The translations under genes and the position numbers were made by a program. A model generated the notes under the pieces. That model saw only the letters and a list, made by a program, of their open reading frames with translations. It made no database searches and had not been told where the DNA came from. From positions 7,750,001 to 7,814,000 of the forward strand of contig NC_043014.1 of the NCBI RefSeq assembly GCF_006345805.1: a stretch of 64,000 nucleotides of DNA. The letters are read 5' to 3'. The DNA is from Octopus sinensis. Its lineage: Eukaryota. Below are positions 62,190 to 64,000 of the stretch, one piece after another (position 1 is the first letter of the stretch; each line of letters starts with the position of its first letter).

Positions 62190-62700
62190 GTGGATATATC
62201 ATCATCATCATCATTCATTTAGCGTCCGTTTTCCATGCTAGCATGGGTTGGACGGTTCAACTGGGGTCTGGGGAGCCCGAAGGCTGCACCAGGCCAGTCA
62301 GATCTGGCAGTGTTTCTACAGCTGGATGCCCTTCCTAACGCCAACCACTCCGAGAGTGTAGTGGGTGATTTTATGTGCCACCGACACAGGTGCCAGACGA
62401 GGCTGGCGAACGGCCACGCTCGGATGGTGTTTTTTATGTGCCACCGACACAGGTGCCAGACGAGGCTGGCAGACGGCCACGCTCGGATGGTGTTTTTATG
62501 TGCCACCGACACAGGTGCCAGATGAGGCTGGCGAACGGCCACGATCGGATGGTGTTTGTTACGTGCCCGCAGCACGGAGGCCAGTCGATGCGGTACTGGC
62601 TACGGCCACGTTCGGATGGTTTTCTTGTGTGCCACCGGCACTGGTACCACAAAGATACAAATTCCATTGATGTTCATCTATTTTGATTTGTTTTGATTGA
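62190..62700 (-). mobile_element. RTE 3'-UTR fragment with tandem repeats
   Basis: ATC tail at left, repeat units, and a TTGATT linker at right. Confidence 0.85.
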
Positions 62701-62721
62701 TTTTCACAGAGAGAGAGAGAG

Positions 62722-62880
62722 AGGGTATGTGGCCTAATGGTTAGTGTGTTCCACTTACGATCAGATGATTGTAGGTTTGATTCCTGGGCCTGGTGGTAAA
62801 TTGTGTTTTTGAGCAAAACATTTCATCTCTTGTTGATTTGATGGAGGGAGTGAGCTGATGTGCAACCCAAGCATTTGATT
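62722..62880 (+). mobile_element. Degenerate tRNA-head SINE (family 4-like)
   Basis: TGGCCTAATGGTTAG A box, GTTTGATTCC B box, TTGAGCAAAACA core. Confidence 0.55.
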
Positions 62881-62899
62881 ACTATTAACAATCATCTAC

Positions 62900-62963
62900 A
62901 AGAAGGTTGCTCTACAAGAAATTGAAGACCTCTCTCTCTCTGACTTGAGAGACTACCATTACA

Positions 62964-63008
<45 letters not shown>

Positions 63009-63097
63009 CACTACTACTACAACAAGAAGGTTGCTCTACAAGAAATTGAAGACCTCTCTGTCTCTTTCTCTCTCTGACTTGAGAGACTACCATTACA

Positions 63098-63172
<75 letters not shown>

Positions 63173-63179
63173 CACCACC

Positions 63180-63217
<38 letters not shown>

Positions 63218-63240
63218 CACCAGTACTACTACCACCACTA

Positions 63241-63303
<63 letters not shown>

Positions 63304-63315
63304 CACTACTACTAG
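62900..63315. repeat. Duplicated ~70-bp block, each copy followed by a (TAC)n/(CAC)n expansion
   Basis: ACAAGAAGGTTGCTCTACAAGAAATTGAAGACCTCTCT occurs twice. Confidence 0.9.
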
Positions 63316-63870
63316 TACCAGTCATCCAACTTCTATTGGTGTACTATGAGACTCAGAACTTCATTGTGTTTTTAAGTAACTAAAGCGAGTTGATCATTTG
63401 CATGTTCTACCAAGAGGCAGCAATCTGCTAATTGGATTGGTTGACCCTTGACTGACCATTGGCCGAAGAGGTTCCCCCACCTAGACTGTCATGTAGTTTA
63501 GCGGAATGAAGATCAAAATGCCCAACACCACACACCTGCCATGCTACTCCCCATGGCTTCATTGTGACCCTTGCTCAAGGATTTTCGTCATTGAGGTTAA
63601 TTCCCTCTGTATACATACTGTTGGAAGGCTGTTGAGTCTTACGAGTTCCTCCGGCCTCTGATGGATTTTGATTTTCTTCCAGCAGGGTGACCAAATTACC
63701 CCCCCTCACTAAGCAAGCTTCGTGGGGTTACCAGTTTCATTGCTGACAATCTGACCATGTGATAGGTTGAACTGTGTTATATGTTACCTGTTTGTGTGTG
63801 TATGTTTGCGTTTGCGTTTGTGTGTGTGTGTGTTTATATACTGATGCAGTGAAATGTTTTCCTTTTCCAG

Positions 63871-64000
63871 TCTGCTATTAGTATTGTAAAGAATTCTCCA
63901 AAATCAATAACAAATAAGTATGATCGACAGAAGAGACTAAGCTCTGATAAGCTACGGGCCTATCAGTGGAAGATTGCACACAATTCAGTCGATGCTCGGA
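63871..64000 (+). CDS. Coding exon (SAISIVKNSPKSITNKYDRQKRLSSDKLRAYQWKIAHNSVDAR...), probably following 53335-53448
   Basis: Acceptor GTTTTCCTTTTCCAG. Frame 0 is open to the window end, phase-compatible and of similar basic composition. Confidence 0.62.

Overview
Repeat-saturated, AT-rich eukaryotic genomic DNA. The SINE, RTE and microsatellite landscape looks like an octopus/coleoid cephalopod; this is recalled, not database-checked. There is no intact long gene. The window holds scattered candidate exons: a plus-strand basic/helical protein with exons at 53335-53448 and 63871-end, a GPI-like terminal exon at 40403, and a bidirectional-looking promoter near 21.1 kb. These sit among four tRNA-head SINE families, RTE LINE remnants and their tandem-repeat 3' UTRs, Gypsy, CR1, Penelope, mariner/maT, Merlin, piggyBac-MITE, Helitron-like and solo-LTR relics. 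The main result, invisible in the ORF track, is about 11 type-I hammerhead ribozyme (HHR) motifs in at least five unrelated sequence contexts. Five lie within 27.2-30.1 kb. They comprise Penelope-associated HHRs, a ~395-bp retrozyme-like tandem repeat with a divergent monomer at 3 kb, a U3:A8 covariant core, an inverted intact/mutated pair, and an HHR at the tip of a 135-nt viroid-like rod at 12090-12224. SINE boundaries are approximate. Homopolymer indels in the 54-57 kb satellite suggest imperfectly polished long-read sequence.
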